A DNA stretch of 64,000 bases from Lytechinus pictus (taxonomy: Eukaryota). Both the position numbers and the translations under genes were made by a program. The notes under the pieces were generated by a model. The model did not search any database, was not told where the DNA came from, and worked only from the letters and a program-made list of their open reading frames with translations. The stretch is from the NCBI RefSeq assembly GCF_037042905.1, contig NC_087250.1:4218001-4282000 (forward strand). The letters are read 5' to 3'. Every line of letters starts with the position of its first letter. Within the stretch, counting starts at the first letter, position 1. Shown one piece after another: positions 50,005-63,491 of the stretch.

Positions 50005-51917
50005 TTAACATCATTACCTACATGTACCTTTCCTCCTTTCACTTCTCATCCACTTTCATCACATGAACATTATCGTGTATCTTTACTTATCTCCCAATTA
50101 AAATGTTTATTATAAATAATATTGTAGTACACCCAACAGCAAATTTCTCTAATTGTTTCCTCCTGCACAAGCAGTCAATTTACTTTCTTAATACAAAACC
50201 TTTACTAACATATTCACACTACCCACTAGCGTACCTACGGGGGGGGGGGGGGCAGTCTGCCCCCCTGACGAGTCACAACCAATGCAAAGGACGTATCCCT
50301 GCCCCCCCTGACGAGCTTGAAAACCTTTTTTGCCCCCCTGACGAGCTTGAAGACCTTCTTTTTTTTTTTTTTTTTTGCTTGTCAACATTTTTGGCGGACG
50401 GTTTTGCCCCCTCCTGTGGAAAATCCTAGGTATGCCACCGACACTTCCACCACCCCCTGCTTTACACATAACCTTGATAGATCTCTCCTTGGCACAATTT
50501 TAATCTGAAAGTGAATCAAGTAAGTATTTCTTATATTAGTTTAATATTTGCCTCCTGCAATAGTTATGAACACTGAAGCACATTGAGTGAGAGAGAAAAA
50601 AAGTCATGTTTTCTCCTGATACGACACATGGAATACAATACATGAACAAAACTTATGTACATGTATAGTATACAGAGTAGTTTATTCAGTACATTGTTTT
50701 TTTTAAGTAGATCGAAACTTATACAGTAACTTATACAGTTATCACTATGAATGGTAAGTATAACTCTGAATAGAAACATATAAGTAATGTATTGAAAAGA
50801 GCATAAAACCACAAGCAATTCGTCAAATATATTTCTAAAAGAAATTAAAGAATTATGATTCAATCATAATAATAGTATTATCAAACAAATGATAATACTG
50901 GTAGTTTGCAATAATATAGTGCTCATCATCAAAGTGTATCTACATGATCTAAGTTTAGCTGGAAAGTAAAAGGATATTCACCAAAATGAAATTAAATATT
51001 TAAATTTGACACACGCATTAGGGAGCTGCATATAAAGGCAAATTACTATTTAATGAACAAACAGGTCTTAAAATTGAAATCATGAGGATTTAAACAAAGA
51101 TATTTTTATTTAAAAAAACACGACAATAGACTTGAATAATAAGAATGCCCTAAGTCCATCTCTTTGTAAAACTCATTAAGCCTGATAAAATCTTGCTTAT
51201 TAGCCCATCCTGTGTGTCATTTATATCCTGGAATTCCACCCAGAGGTACCAAACCTTTTATCAAACAGGATAAATATTGTGAAATTGGGTTTTAAAAAGC
51301 AAGATGGTCATTAGATCACCGTTGAAATACATGTATGTATAAATGCATTTATTAGATCTTGGGTTTCATTTTCCTTAAAACTTTCTGAATACGCAGCTTA
51401 CAATGGCTTGAGTACTGAAACAACAAGTTTATGCGCTAGTCTTGTGCGAAACCCCATCAGGGTCTGTGCCTGCAGACTAACCTTAGATTTATGTTGATCC
51501 ACCAAGGCTATTAGAAAGAGGCATAAGTATAAGTAATCTCATTTGATGTTGGTTCATTCTCTTTCATGGTACGACATGTATGATGAGGAAGAGCTTTAAA
51601 AGTATTATTTTATGATCTATGTTTTTGATATTTCATTTGGCAAGTTTGTACAGAAATACATATCATAATTATGATATGCAAAAGATAGAACGACTCAACG
51701 ACTTGATAGGATAAACCCATGAAAGCTACAGGTCTGAAGGTGACATCGCTCCGTGCAAGCATTGTGGGTGAGTTGCGGGCAAACATTTCCAAGCGCGCAA
51801 CACGGTTTTTGCGGGCAAACAATAATTTTCAAAAGTTCTGCGGGCGGGACGCGTGCAATTTACTCTCGACTTGCGAGCGTTGCGTTGGCCCTGCGGGCGA
51901 GGCGAGAGGATGGCGCG

Positions 51918-52862
51918 CAGGGGCGGATCCAGCTTTTGCCAATAGGGGGGGGGGGCCGAAAAATATTTTCATCAACATTTTTCTCGATTGGCCGCTATAA
52001 TCTGATATTTGTTGGTTTTTTAGGGGGTAGTCCTAAGTAAAGACTGAAGTTTGAGTTTTTATTGTTATAAACAAGATAAGGTATCTCATGGGTCTTAATA
52101 TAATATGCGAGTGCGAAGTGCGAGCAGAAATTTTAATATAGTAACGTGAAAAGGGACTCAATTAGGACTGTTTTTAGTGATTAATGGATACAGTATCACC
52201 AATTAAATAATGAGTGTGCGAAGCGCGAGCTAAAATTTTTTGATATTCCGACCTGAAAACTTGACAGTCTAAGCTCGTTTTCATTTAAATAAAGAACAAG
52301 ATGTGTCTCAAACATATAAATGCGAGCGCGAAGCACGAGCTTAAATTTTTACTGACATGATAAAGGGGCATTTTGAGAAATTTTGGTAAGAATTTCCAAA
52401 GAGGATAGGTATCTCACAAATCAAACAATGTGAGCGCGCAGCGCCAGCTGAAATTTTTTATATATATTAACAATTGGTATAAATCAAACAAAATAATGAA
52501 AGCTTGATGCTCGAGCTAAAATATTGTGTGCAAATTGATTTCAGAACTGGACATATTAAGTGCCATTTAATCATCTTGAATGAGATTCATTACACAGGCA
52601 ATGCGAAGCGCGAGCGAAATATTTTATATAAATTCTATTTTCCAATTCTTTTTCCCACCTTTTTCTTGTTTCCTTTCGGGTCGGGCCGGCCGTTACGAGG
52701 CTGTAAATTACACATCATTGGTATAATACCTCTTTCTTACTTTTCTTTCTGTTTTTTATCGTTTCTATCAAGTTAAAGAGTACACTTTTTTCTGCAGGTT
52801 GCCAAAATATAGGGGGGGGGGGGGCCGGGGGCCGGCTCGGCCCCCTCCTGGATCCTCGCCTG
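51918..52862. mobile_element. hAT5-like element, same family as 28164-29231, opposite orientation
   Basis: TIR caggggcggatccag / ctggatcctcgcctg, 5-bp TSD gcgcg / gcgcg. The empty site is near 27752. Confidence 0.85.
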
Positions 52863-53562
52863 GCGCGTGCATGCTTCTGAGTATGGGCGACATACGTGCC
52901 CTGTGTGCTATCCACTGCTAACATACATCAAATATGCGAGTTACTTGCGTGCAAGTTGCGTGTGGGCTGCCTGGTGATATCACCATGGTGATTAGCAGAG
53001 GTACTCAACAAACGTAATTATCTTGGCCGCTATCGACCCGCAACTAACCAGTAGAAAGACGGTAGGTCGCCCTCAACATACACGCCATTTGCTTGCGCCT
53101 CTTCTGCAGAATTCACCAGCTACACTTATGATGGCAGCATCAGTAATTCCCCCATATTTTGCACGCAGAATGCCAGCAGATAACACCCCTTTTCAGCGCA
53201 TAGCCAGAGATCCACCGGCAATTTGCCCCTTTGCGTACTTCAAGCGGGTTAACTGCGTGTGACTTGCTGGTCTCTGACTGGTGCTCTGCGTGGAACTTGC
53301 AAGCAACTACAGGCAAATCACCCGGGACAAGTTTTGAGCATATGTGTACTTGCGTGTGTTCCTACGGGCAACATGCCTACGAGATACTGCCAATTCGGAT
53401 GGCTTGCGGGTAGCAAAAATAGTTACCCGCAAGTCTCACATCACTGCTAGTATGGAACGGTATGACAGAGCCTTAAAACGTTTATTTCCAATCGGGTCAT
53501 AAATACAATAAAAAAAAAAGACAACACCTTATAAGAATGTATAGGAAAGCATCATACAGATT

Positions 53563-54038
53563 GATTTGAAATAAAATTAAGGCCGTCCCCAAACTCCTGG
53601 CCTCCTCTTCCCTAGGATTTTAGATAATTCCACCTACGTCGAGCAATAAGAAAGGCAATGGCCAGAAACATCATTTTGAAATCAAATTAAGGTCGTCAAC
53701 TACCCCAACTACCCATTGACTTTTTGCCTCCTCTTCCCAAGGATTTTAGCCAATTCCGCCTACGTCGAGTAATAAGAAAGGCAATGGCCAGAAACATCAT
53801 TTTAAAATCAAATTAAGGTCGTCAACTACCCCAACTACCCACTGACTTTTTGCCTCCTCTTCCCAAGGATTTTAGCCAATTCCGCCTACGTCGAGTAATA
53901 AGAAAGGCAATGGCCAGAAAAATCATTTTGAAATAAAATTAAGGTAGTCAACTACCCCCTGGCTTTTTGCCGCCTCTTCCCTAGGATTTTAGACGAGTCC
54001 ATCTATGTCGAGCAACAAGGAAGGCAATGATAAGGAAC
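53563..54038. repeat. Four ~110-126-bp tandem units spanning the stop codon of MCT copy B
   Basis: Same unit as 29552-29900. The two middle units are almost identical. Confidence 0.9.
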
Positions 54039-56571
54039 ACTACTAGACAGTTAATAAATCCAAGAGTAAGGAAAACTGACGTATACGATCCCGTCTTTTC
54101 TTTGATCCCACCTGCATAAGATCGAAAAAGAGAAGAAACACATCCATACATTTAGCTGGTTAATAGGTAAGCTAGAAAGAGTAAGATACTAGTATTTTTC
54201 AATCGTTTATAGTCACTAATTGTTCATTAATATATTGATTAATTTTATTATTCATTTATTCATTCAATATTCAGCTTCAGCCTACATGTCCTATGATGAC
54301 TCCCGTACGAACTCGGCAGGACAGCATTTTGCTGGTAAACGCCAAGCTGGTATATAACCAATTACCTAGGATATATTTTACGTCTAGGTTAATAAGTCAT
54401 AGTGGCTGACCTTTTAGCCGACAGATACATGTATTACTCTCGGGCAGAAGATTTCGAACTCATAACCTTGCAATTATGAGTCCAGTGCTCTAACCACTGG
54501 ACCACCCGACCCGACACCTTTCAATTTGTTCACAGTTTTGATTCATGGAATACATATGCACGGGATTAGTACAGGATCCGCATTGTTTTTCAATTTCTGG
54601 TGCAGATGTTACAACATTTTGATATTTAACAAATATAAATCAATAAACATTTGAATTACCATTTCTGGAAATGAAATATTAGAAAATATGCAAATTTAGT
54701 AGTATTAAGAACTGTTTGAATAATGTGTCAACTTAAGTATTACTAGTATCATCATGGTTACATTTTTTTTTATCTTTTCAATTTGGGTTCGTGGTCAGCC
54801 ATCGAATTTGCCCCCACTTAAAACTCACCAGATTAAGGATATCATTAAGAAAACCTTTAGAAAGAAGCTGCTGATGTTACCGAAATAGTTATTTCTCTGA
54901 TTCATTCGTGCTCCATACAATGCCTCACCTGACATTAGACTCCCGATGTTGCCACCAAGGCCTGCCACAAAACCAAAGATTCCAGATCCAACCGTAAAGT
55001 TCTCATTGGAGACAGAACCCTTTAGGAGCGCAGCGTAAGAAATCACAAAGTTGAAGACACACACTCCCTGAAGGAAGGCAGCGACGCACATGACAGGGAA
55101 TGACGTCAACAGTGGATCGAGTAAGAAAACAGTTGATGATATCACGCCGAAGATCAGGAAAACTAAGATGAAGTCAATTTTGAGGAAGAGAACTATGATG
55201 GAGATTATCCGTCCGATGAACCCTCCAGCGCCGGCTAGAGATGATAGTAAGACGGCCTTTGAGACAGGTATTCCATGCCATACCGCCCGTGGGACAAGGA
55301 ATAGAAACCAAGAATTTACAATAACTGCTGAGAGTAGAAGGCAAGGTAATGACAGTAATAGGAGCGGTTCTTGGATGATGATGCATCCTTGAAGCGAATG
55401 CCACAATCCAAACGCCCAACTCTGTTTTCCTTGATTTTGCAGTTCGTCTGTTTGTGTTTGAATGTTGCGTGGTTGTTCATCGTCCATTTCAATCACCTCA
55501 TGATCGCAGTCATCACCGTCGATCAAAGGCTTTTGGCAACCGTCAATTGTCTTTGCCATCTTTACGGGTGTCTGTCGGCCCTGTTCAGTAGCTCTTGTAG
55601 ACTGTCTAGGAGAAACAGTGGTTCTCTCCGCGCTCTTTGTTAATATCTGAGAACTCTCGATTGCTCCTGCGGACTCTCCGAGATAAACACTGCTCTTCTT
55701 CGCCGTGCTTGTGGATGTATCTGATCCCTTCCCCGCTGCTCTTCTAGTCTGCCTGAGATAAACACTGGTAGGAATAGCATACATGCTGATACCTCCAAGA
55801 ATAAGCATGGCACCACTGAATCCATAAGCGCGAAGCGCCCTCTCGACGATGAACGGTACGACCAGGGAACCTACCGTGCTTCCGAGAAGGGCTATCGTAT
55901 TCACAAGAACGAAATTTTCCGGGAAGTGGTCGTTGAGTAAGACATTGACTGGTATGTATACCATTGAGAGTCCTATTCCTAAGATTGAGATTGAGAACAA
56001 AATAATAAGATAAATATCAATTTAAAAACTTCAAGGAAAAGTTCACGGGCATCTTAAATCACTGTAAATATTGTAAACAAAACGCTTAAATGCAATACAA
56101 GCTTTGGGACGGTGGTCTAATTCTCTCTATTCGTCTTCAGTATGAAAATATCGATTTTATTAAAAATATGTTCATAACTGACATTTGAAAAATATTGAAA
56201 TAGGGGAAAAGCTACATGATTTCTGTGAGCAAAATATCTGAAATCTCTAGATTGGGAATGAATCTAATGTCACGAATGTGGTTGGAACCAGTCAAAAATT
56301 AGATTGAGGTTAGGTTGTTCTGATTGTTTATACATTTTCAATCACATTCTCGATTGGACACTCGGTTCAAACTGAAGAAGTTGAAAGATCAAAGGTGTCT
56401 CTATGAATCTGTTTTCGTATTTACCGGTTAGTGAAAGGCAGAATCCCAGGGCAAATACAGAAGTGAGATAACCAGAAATGATGATTCCTAAAGACGATGT
56501 AGTAGCTCCTGTAACAGCCATCGCTCGAGGTGAGACAAAAGCACTCTTGAGTACATACGCCATAGGTAGAG
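53981..56571 (-). CDS. SLC16/monocarboxylate transporter-like protein, copy B (exons 2-4; first exon not seen in window)
   Basis: Exons 56571-56425 (147 nt), 55978-54929 (1050 nt) and 54111-53981 (131 nt) have intact GT/AG, phase 1 and no stops. Closely paralogous to copy A. Confidence 0.87.
54300..54515 (-). mobile_element. tRNA-derived SINE
   Basis: gtggtccagtggttagagc A box and gagttcgaaatc B box on the minus strand. Absent from copy A. Confidence 0.65.
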
Positions 56572-56624
56572 CTGCAATACGTTAAATGGGAAATCAAAGC
56601 GTCGTTTCGATGCCAAAAGCGCAT

Positions 56625-56922
56625 ATATTCGTAATTCCGAAGCTTCGTTATTCCTTAGGTTCGGATATTCCGAAGTTTCGGATATTCCGAAGGTTCGTAT
56701 TTCCGAAGGTTCGTAATTCCGGAGGTGCGTTAGATTAACGAACCTTCAGAACAACGAACCTTATTTCGTTTTCGGAATAACGAACCTTTGGAATAACGTG
56801 AAAAATGTTTGGATTAACGAACCATTTTTGGTTTTCGGATTAACGAACATCGAGGTGTAGGCAATTTACGTGTTTCGGAATTACGAACCTTCGGAGTAAA
56901 GAACCTTGGGACTTACGAACCT
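56625..56922. repeat. Inverted array of ttccgaaggttcg-type short repeats (MITE-like)
   Basis: ~17-bp units on the left are mirrored by acgaaccttcgga units on the right. Confidence 0.7.
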
Positions 56923-57600
56923 AAACATCTGCATTAAGTATTAACCTTGCATACCGGTTTGTAATCGTTGGTCTTTTGTTACATAACATATTGCACTCTG
57001 CCCCCATATTGCATTACAATAATCAATGTGCGGTAAAATAAGGTTATTATACATCATTAATAAAACTCGCTTGGGCAAGAGGTACCGAATCCGTCGTATA
57101 AAACCAATAGTTCTTGACAACTTATTGCACACATTATTGATATGACAACTCCAACGCAGGTAAGGGTCTATTATCAAACCGAGATATTTAAATTCATTAA
57201 CCTGTTCAATTGCATCATTTTTCACATAAATATTTATCATTTTGTTTTTTACTTTTGATCTAGTCCCAATTAACATACGTTTGGTTTTCTTTACATTTAT
57301 GGTTGATATATTATTTTCAATCCATTGAAGTAATTTGTTTATTGCACATTGAAAGTCGTTTTGAAGTACTGAAACATCTCTATTTTGACAGAATAAAGTA
57401 GTCTCGTCGGCATATACACACAATTTAAAATTATTACCGAAATTGATATTGCAAGCATCAATTATGAATATTGAAAATAATAGAGGAGAAATCATACTAC
57501 CCTGGAGAACACCTTAAATAAGTAATTATAAAACCAAATTGCCTCTACGCCTTTGTTTGACAACTTAGATAATAAAAGCTTGTGTGAAACTGAGTCACAT

Positions 57601-57998
57601 ACCCCTTTCATAAACCCAATAAAACCCATCCTCCAATTAGCCGCCTAAGAGTAATGCGGATAATTCAATAAAAATTGCGTTCACAAACTCCGAAAATTAT
57701 CCGCATTATTTTTACGAGCGCCCGTCCTGAAAAAGGCGGATAATCGTCATGACAACTGGACACGCCCCCTCCGATGCGGTTGTGTTGGAAAAGGGTGACC
57801 TTGTGACCGCACCATGGCAATTATCCGCATTATTTGGAAATACGTTCATAAACTCAAAATCTTGTCCCGATGCCGCTATTATGCGGATAATAGCAGCATC
57901 AGAATAATGCGATTAACTCTTGTCCTCCTCTGATTTTACGACCAAATTATGCTGCTATCAGCCGCATAATTTGGTTTTATTGGGTTTATGAAAGGGGT
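57601..57998. mobile_element. MITE inserted in the LINE RT region
   Basis: TIR acccctttcataaacccaataaaac / gttttattgggtttatgaaaggggt. Confidence 0.85.
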
Positions 57999-58803
57999 AA
58001 TGGGCACTCTTTAAATCAATAAAACAACCCCAGTCACCAGACCATCTTCGATATTGCGTAATAAATATTCATTATTAAACATCAACCAAAACAGTACTTG
58101 TTGAATGAAGTGGACGGAATCCTGACTGTTTTGGGGCTAAGTAGAGAGTTGTCTGTGAAACAGTTGTAAAGTTAAGAGTGTATTGCCTTTTCAAGGATTT
58201 CATTATGTGAGGGAGAACAGAAATGGGTCTGTCGTTAACGAACTCTTGTTTACTGCCGCTTTTAAAAATAGGGGTTACACGTGCCCTTTTCCAATCTTTT
58301 GGAATACAACCTGTATATAAAAAGTGAGCGATTACGTCACAAAAGTGAGCACTCTCTTTCAAAAGAAGTGGGTGTAAAGAATCTAAACCTGGTGCTTTCG
58401 TTGTGTCTAACTTATTTAGCTCCTTGAATACGTAGTCAACCGTGATGGGCTCGAACTTTAAAGATTCGGAGGTTAACTGATCAGATCTATATTCTGATTA
58501 TTACAGCAATTTGGTGTGAAGTGATTATTGAATAAATTTGCAATTTTTAGAGGATCGCTTTCTAGTCTGTCATTAATAACATCGCGCATCCCAAGTTGAT
58601 TAGTTTCTTATTTTTAAATTCTAGTTATTTACTTTGTTTGGTATTGTTTCCCTATTAAAAGACTACCTTTATCGATGAGATAATGTTTACCATCAAATCT
58701 TTCTTTTAAATAATCTTGTTCTCTCGGAAGACACAAATATTCATCAGTAATCCATGGAGAACGTTTGTGTCGCTGCCTGGCGGATATGAGTGGTGCATGT
58801 TTA

Positions 58804-59205
58804 GGCCACCGCACACCTTACGACTGTTCGCGATCAGATTTGGGAACAAATCGCATTTTGCTCATTTTCTGAAAATGTGAATGGAACATATAAATATTTG
58901 AGGTTAAAATCAATTGAAAGAATACTAATATAACCATTTTGAAAGATTGCAAGCTATTATTTTGGAGTAAGTGTAGTTTCAAATCGTAGCCAATCGTATG
59001 ACTGCTATGACATCATTACGACTAGATATTAAATTTGCTTTTATTCTAAGGATGATAGCATAGACACAGATTTGAACATAGGTATTCGTACGATGATTGA
59101 GAGCATTACATAGTACGATATTCCAAGTCTCAATATTAGCATCAAATTCTACTACATTTTATTCTGAAATCGGGTCGCAGACAAATCGTAAGGTGTGCGG
59201 TCGCC
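58804..59205. mobile_element. Harbinger-like MITE inserted in the LINE
   Basis: TIR ggccaccgcacaccttacga / tcgtaaggtgtgcggtcgcc, TTA/TTT flanks. Confidence 0.8.
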
Positions 59206-61816
59206 TTTTATCGCATAAACGAATGAACATATTTTAAAATACATTTCATTTTCCATCGATATCGCCATTTGCGAAAACAATATGCCAGTCTATTAGTGCA
59301 CCTTCCTCCCTAAGAATATCACGATTGACATTTCGGGAAGATCGAAATAGTTTAATCTTTGGAGTAATGGGTACCTTTTTCGATTTGGTATCAACATAGA
59401 TAAGAGAATGATCACTTTGTCCAATTGATATTACTTCGCAATGAAAATTGTTCTTCTCAATTGGAAAAAAAAAATCAATGCAAGTTCTGCTATTGTTTGT
59501 TACTCTAGTGGGTTCATTCACAATTTGTTTTAGTTGCAGATACGTACAAATGTTTTTTTTGTATAGTTTTGTTGACAATGCGTTCTCAGTGAGCATATTA
59601 TCTCTAAGGATAACAACATTCAATGTATGTTGCAGAGCTTTTTCAAATTGAATTTCTGATTTATCAAATAAATCATTTGGAGAGTTTGGAGGACGGTAAA
59701 CAATGCCGATCAAATAGGGTTGTGAATGTTTACACATTACTTCGATCCATAGTATTGCCAGATTTACAAGTTCTAGATCGTATCTGCGACTGTAAGTCAA
59801 ATTTGAAGTGATATAACATGCCACACCACCGCCAGTTGAATTTATATCTTTTCTTTCACGATTAAATCCGTTTAAGTGGATTTCAAAACCAAGAACAGAA
59901 TGATCTAACCAAGTTTCCGTCAGGCCTATAACATCAAAAGGGTTGTCAAAAATGAAATCTTTTACATGATCAAATTTGCCCCTAATAGTGCGAATATTTA
60001 GGTGAGAGATCGTGATAACTTTCCTGATAAAATATATTTTAGTAGATAAAGTATTGTGAACTCGTTCATTTACATTGTTCACATCATCGTTAATATTGAA
60101 GGTAAGTAATCCACTTGTGACATCTGAGTTAAAAAAAGGAAGTTCTTTAAATAAACAGATGTCACAAATCCAATCAGAGTCTGATCGGAAGAAAGGTAAG
60201 TCAACAGAGGAACACTTTAGATGAATCCATTTAAGACATTTGATACACAGTAAGGCATTTTGATTGTTATTAACTGTCTCTAGGCATTTTATAAATGGAA
60301 ATCTCTTACCCATTATAACAATCAACTAGGTCCGCTTTCTGACTAATGAAGTTTAGAGGGTTTCAATGTCACATCTGCTTCAGATGACCACCGTGACTTT
60401 CCGGTCATCCTTGGTAAGACCTGTGATCTTTCCATCTGAGGTCCATGTTTTTTTCACGTTTTCGTGTTTCCTGCTTGGAAGAGGAGATTTGATCTCTTGG
60501 TGGTAAGATCTTCGTGGATGTATATCCTCGTGTTTCGAAGTTTTGATCGTGATCGATACACTTGATCTCTGGCATTGTATCTTGAAAATTTGACAATGAT
60601 GACTCTTGGACCTTCTGTTGGACTCCGCGATGCTAGTCGATGAGAGCGGTCGATGTCACTGGGATTGAGCACAACATCCAGCTTCTCCTTAACGATATTT
60701 AGGATGACAGCATCAGTCACTTCATTGCTTTATTCTTATGAAACATAGCAATCACATAAGCTATATTTAAACAGTGGGAGCTATTTTTTTTTGGAAATTT
60801 TATGCTTCTTGTCCTGAAATCAAGCATTCTGGGCAATGTTTGTGATCCTGAACAAAATGCGTGTATAACTGATCGTAAAGGGGCATGTTGGAGACTGTTG
60901 TAGTTAGCCATTAAGCGATACACATTCAACAATCAAATAAAGCGAGCGCGAAGCACAAGCTGAACATTTTTGACATTCCAACCTTAAAAAAATGGAAATT
61001 CTAAGCATATTTTATAATCATGGGCAGGATAGGCATATAACTAAACAATGCGAGCGCGAAGCGTGAGCTGAAAATGAGATTGAGACCTAAAACGGGTCAC
61101 TCTATTCATGATTGGTAAATCATGAAAAGAATGTGTAATTGGGTATCCTAAATCAATGTGAGCGCGAAGCGCGAGCAGAAAATTTTAGTAGGAAACTGGA
61201 TAATTTGAGCGTGTTTTAAATAAAGAACAAGTTGTGTATAACAATAAACATGCGTGCGTGTGTTTAAGATTTATACCTAGTATCTGGTCATTCTAAATAT
61301 ATTTTGCTAACATTAAAATCAATAATGTGATCGCGAAGCACGAGCTGAAAATATTTGATATTTGATCAATTTAACCACTAATTCAAGCACTTTGTAGAAA
61401 AACATGGCAAAATGGATGTTATGGATCGGTCTTAATAAATAACGTGAGCGCGAAGCGCAAGCTGATATTTTTATTATGTCTATTATGATCTAGGACCTGG
61501 ACATTCTAAGGACATTTTTGTCATCATATGAAAATTATGACTTTCTTCTATTCCTCTTCCTAAGCGCGATATATTCCATTCTGAAAAAAGGACAATTTAA
61601 TTATCAGGAATTCATGAAAATATAATTTTTGTATTCATCAATCTAATAAGTCTAATTACAACTCGAAATTTGTTGATATGAATTCCTGAGAATGGACATT
61701 TTAAGCACTTTTGTAATTATGAATAGGATGCATGGGTTATAAATTTTCTAACAAATCAATGAGAGCGCATATTGCGATGTCATGAAAAAGCGATTTTATT
61801 AGTTTGTTATAGAATT

Positions 61817-62641
61817 GAAGAGTTTAGTTGCAAAAGGGGTTAGGTCCACTTTTTACCATTCCGAGAAAACCATGTTTTTTTATTCTCACTTACTGCAATA
61901 CTCTTTTGAGAAACTAAATTTTCATGATGTACTACCCTATCATGTGAACATAAAATTGGGTATACAAGAAATCTACCGGTCTTCAATTTTTTTCTATATA
62001 TTCTTTTAAAAATTATCGTGGACCTAACCCTTTTGTAACTAAACTGAAATGAATCCAATCTATATTGATTAAAAAAAGTAATTTTCTTTGCCACTTTTAT
62101 TCACGTTTTCATGTGAATTTCAAATTTTTGTTGTTTTCATCAGAATGACTAAAAATTTAGAGGTTTTGAGACAAAATACAATGAAAATTTATGAACAATG
62201 GACCTACCACCTAACCCCTTTTGACAAATTAGCTCTTCAGAATAGTTTGTTTTCAAAAGGGGTTAGGTCCACTCCAAGAAAATCATTTTTTTAATTCTCC
62301 AATATTGCATATTCTTATGCGAAACTAAATTTTCAAGATTCCCTACCATGACAACATAAAATTGAGTATAACAGAAATCTACCTTTATTCATATTTTAAA
62401 AAATATTCTTTTCCCAAAAAAAAATCGGTGTGGACCAAACCCCTTTTGCAACTAAACTGAAATGGACCTGACCCCTTTTGAAAAAAAAAGTGATTTTCTT
62501 TGCCATTTGTTATCACTTTAAATAGGAATTTCAACTTTTCTTTAGTATCATCTTATAGAGCTACTAAAAATATATACATTGAGACCAAAAAATCAAATTT
62601 GATGAAAAATGGACCTAACCCCTTTTGCAAGTGAGCTCTTC
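61817..62641. mobile_element. Non-autonomous DNA transposon with AATT TSD (Sola-like)
   Basis: TIR gaagagtttagttgcaaaaggggttaggtcc / ggacctaaccccttttgcaagtgagctcttc, AATT on both flanks, two internal ~420-bp units. Confidence 0.8.
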
Positions 62642-63088
62642 AATTGTTAATAATTTTAGAGGAAATTATTGGGGTATACATTATTCGCGAATCAAAATGC
62701 ACAGCGCTGGCTGGTAGGTTTTGACAATCAAACTTAAAAATGGAAATTATGAGAACTTTATGGAATACACGAAAAAATGGAAAGAGAAAATTCAGTTTTG
62801 GGGCACATATTCAGGCCTGAAATTCACTTATTTATCCAAATGTTTTATACAAAATAAAAGACCAATATGAAAAAAAAAATCTAATTGTACAATATTTATT
62901 TTAGCTTAAGGATAAAGAAGGTTAATTTCTAGAGAAAGAAAATCTCACGATTCACGAGATTTTGCAGGGAGGATTCAGCAACGAGAGGAAAGGTATGAAT
63001 GTGGCCTATTTGCTCATTAAAATAGGGACCTGCGGTCTGACTGATAAATATGTGGACTGCTATGACAGGCAAGATTGTTTCTGAAGGC

Positions 63089-63491
63089 TTAAAGAGAAAT
63101 TTCAGTAGTTGCAGTAAACACTGATTTCATGAGAAAGTCTGTAAAACCAGGCTTAATTGTCAGTATATCATCGAGGATCTAGATCTGGTACAGTTACATA
63201 AGCTGAACTTTGTGAAATCTTGAAATCTACGCTGAATAATGTTCAGACTGAACTTCCCCAACACAGATAAGCGCACGTGGGACAGTGTATAATTATTGCT
63301 TTGAGCGTCGGGCCCGACGCTCTACCCGAATCCTGTGCTTATTTGCTGATTTCTCAGCAATTACACAATTTCTTCCAGAATCATTTGGCACATGCGTTTT
63401 ATTTATACGAATAGACACTTTGGTGGTCATTTCATTGGATTTTGTATGAACTCATTTTGATATCGTTACCAAAACTAGCATTTACCTTTAA
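63089..63491. mobile_element. TTAA-flanked (Kolobok-like) MITE
   Basis: ttaaagagaaatttcagt ... actagcatttacctttaa. Confidence 0.6.

Larger units (their letters stand above)
51350..56618. repeat. Segmental duplicate of about 27150-33478 (MCT exons 2-4 and 3' flank)
   Basis: Collinear similarity from attagatcttgggtttcattttccttaa to gatgccaaaa, apart from copy-specific insertions. Confidence 0.9.
56941..60720 (-). mobile_element. Decayed CR1-group LINE (ORF1 C-terminus; ORF2 PHD + APE + RT)
   Basis: ORF1: IDRSHRL...IIVKF...IYIHEDLT. PHD: C..C.KWIH.KC...WIC..C. APE: HLNIR, ETWL, GGGVA, YRPP, SDH. RT: WKRARVTPIFKSG, RPISVLP, SPLLFSIFI, YADET. Many stops and frameshifts. Confidence 0.92.

Noticed and set aside
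811..56571. Functional NLR-transporter module (guard/guardee cluster)
   Set aside because: Only adjacency on the same strand, with ~20 kb between the genes. It would need conserved synteny or co-expression, which cannot be seen here.
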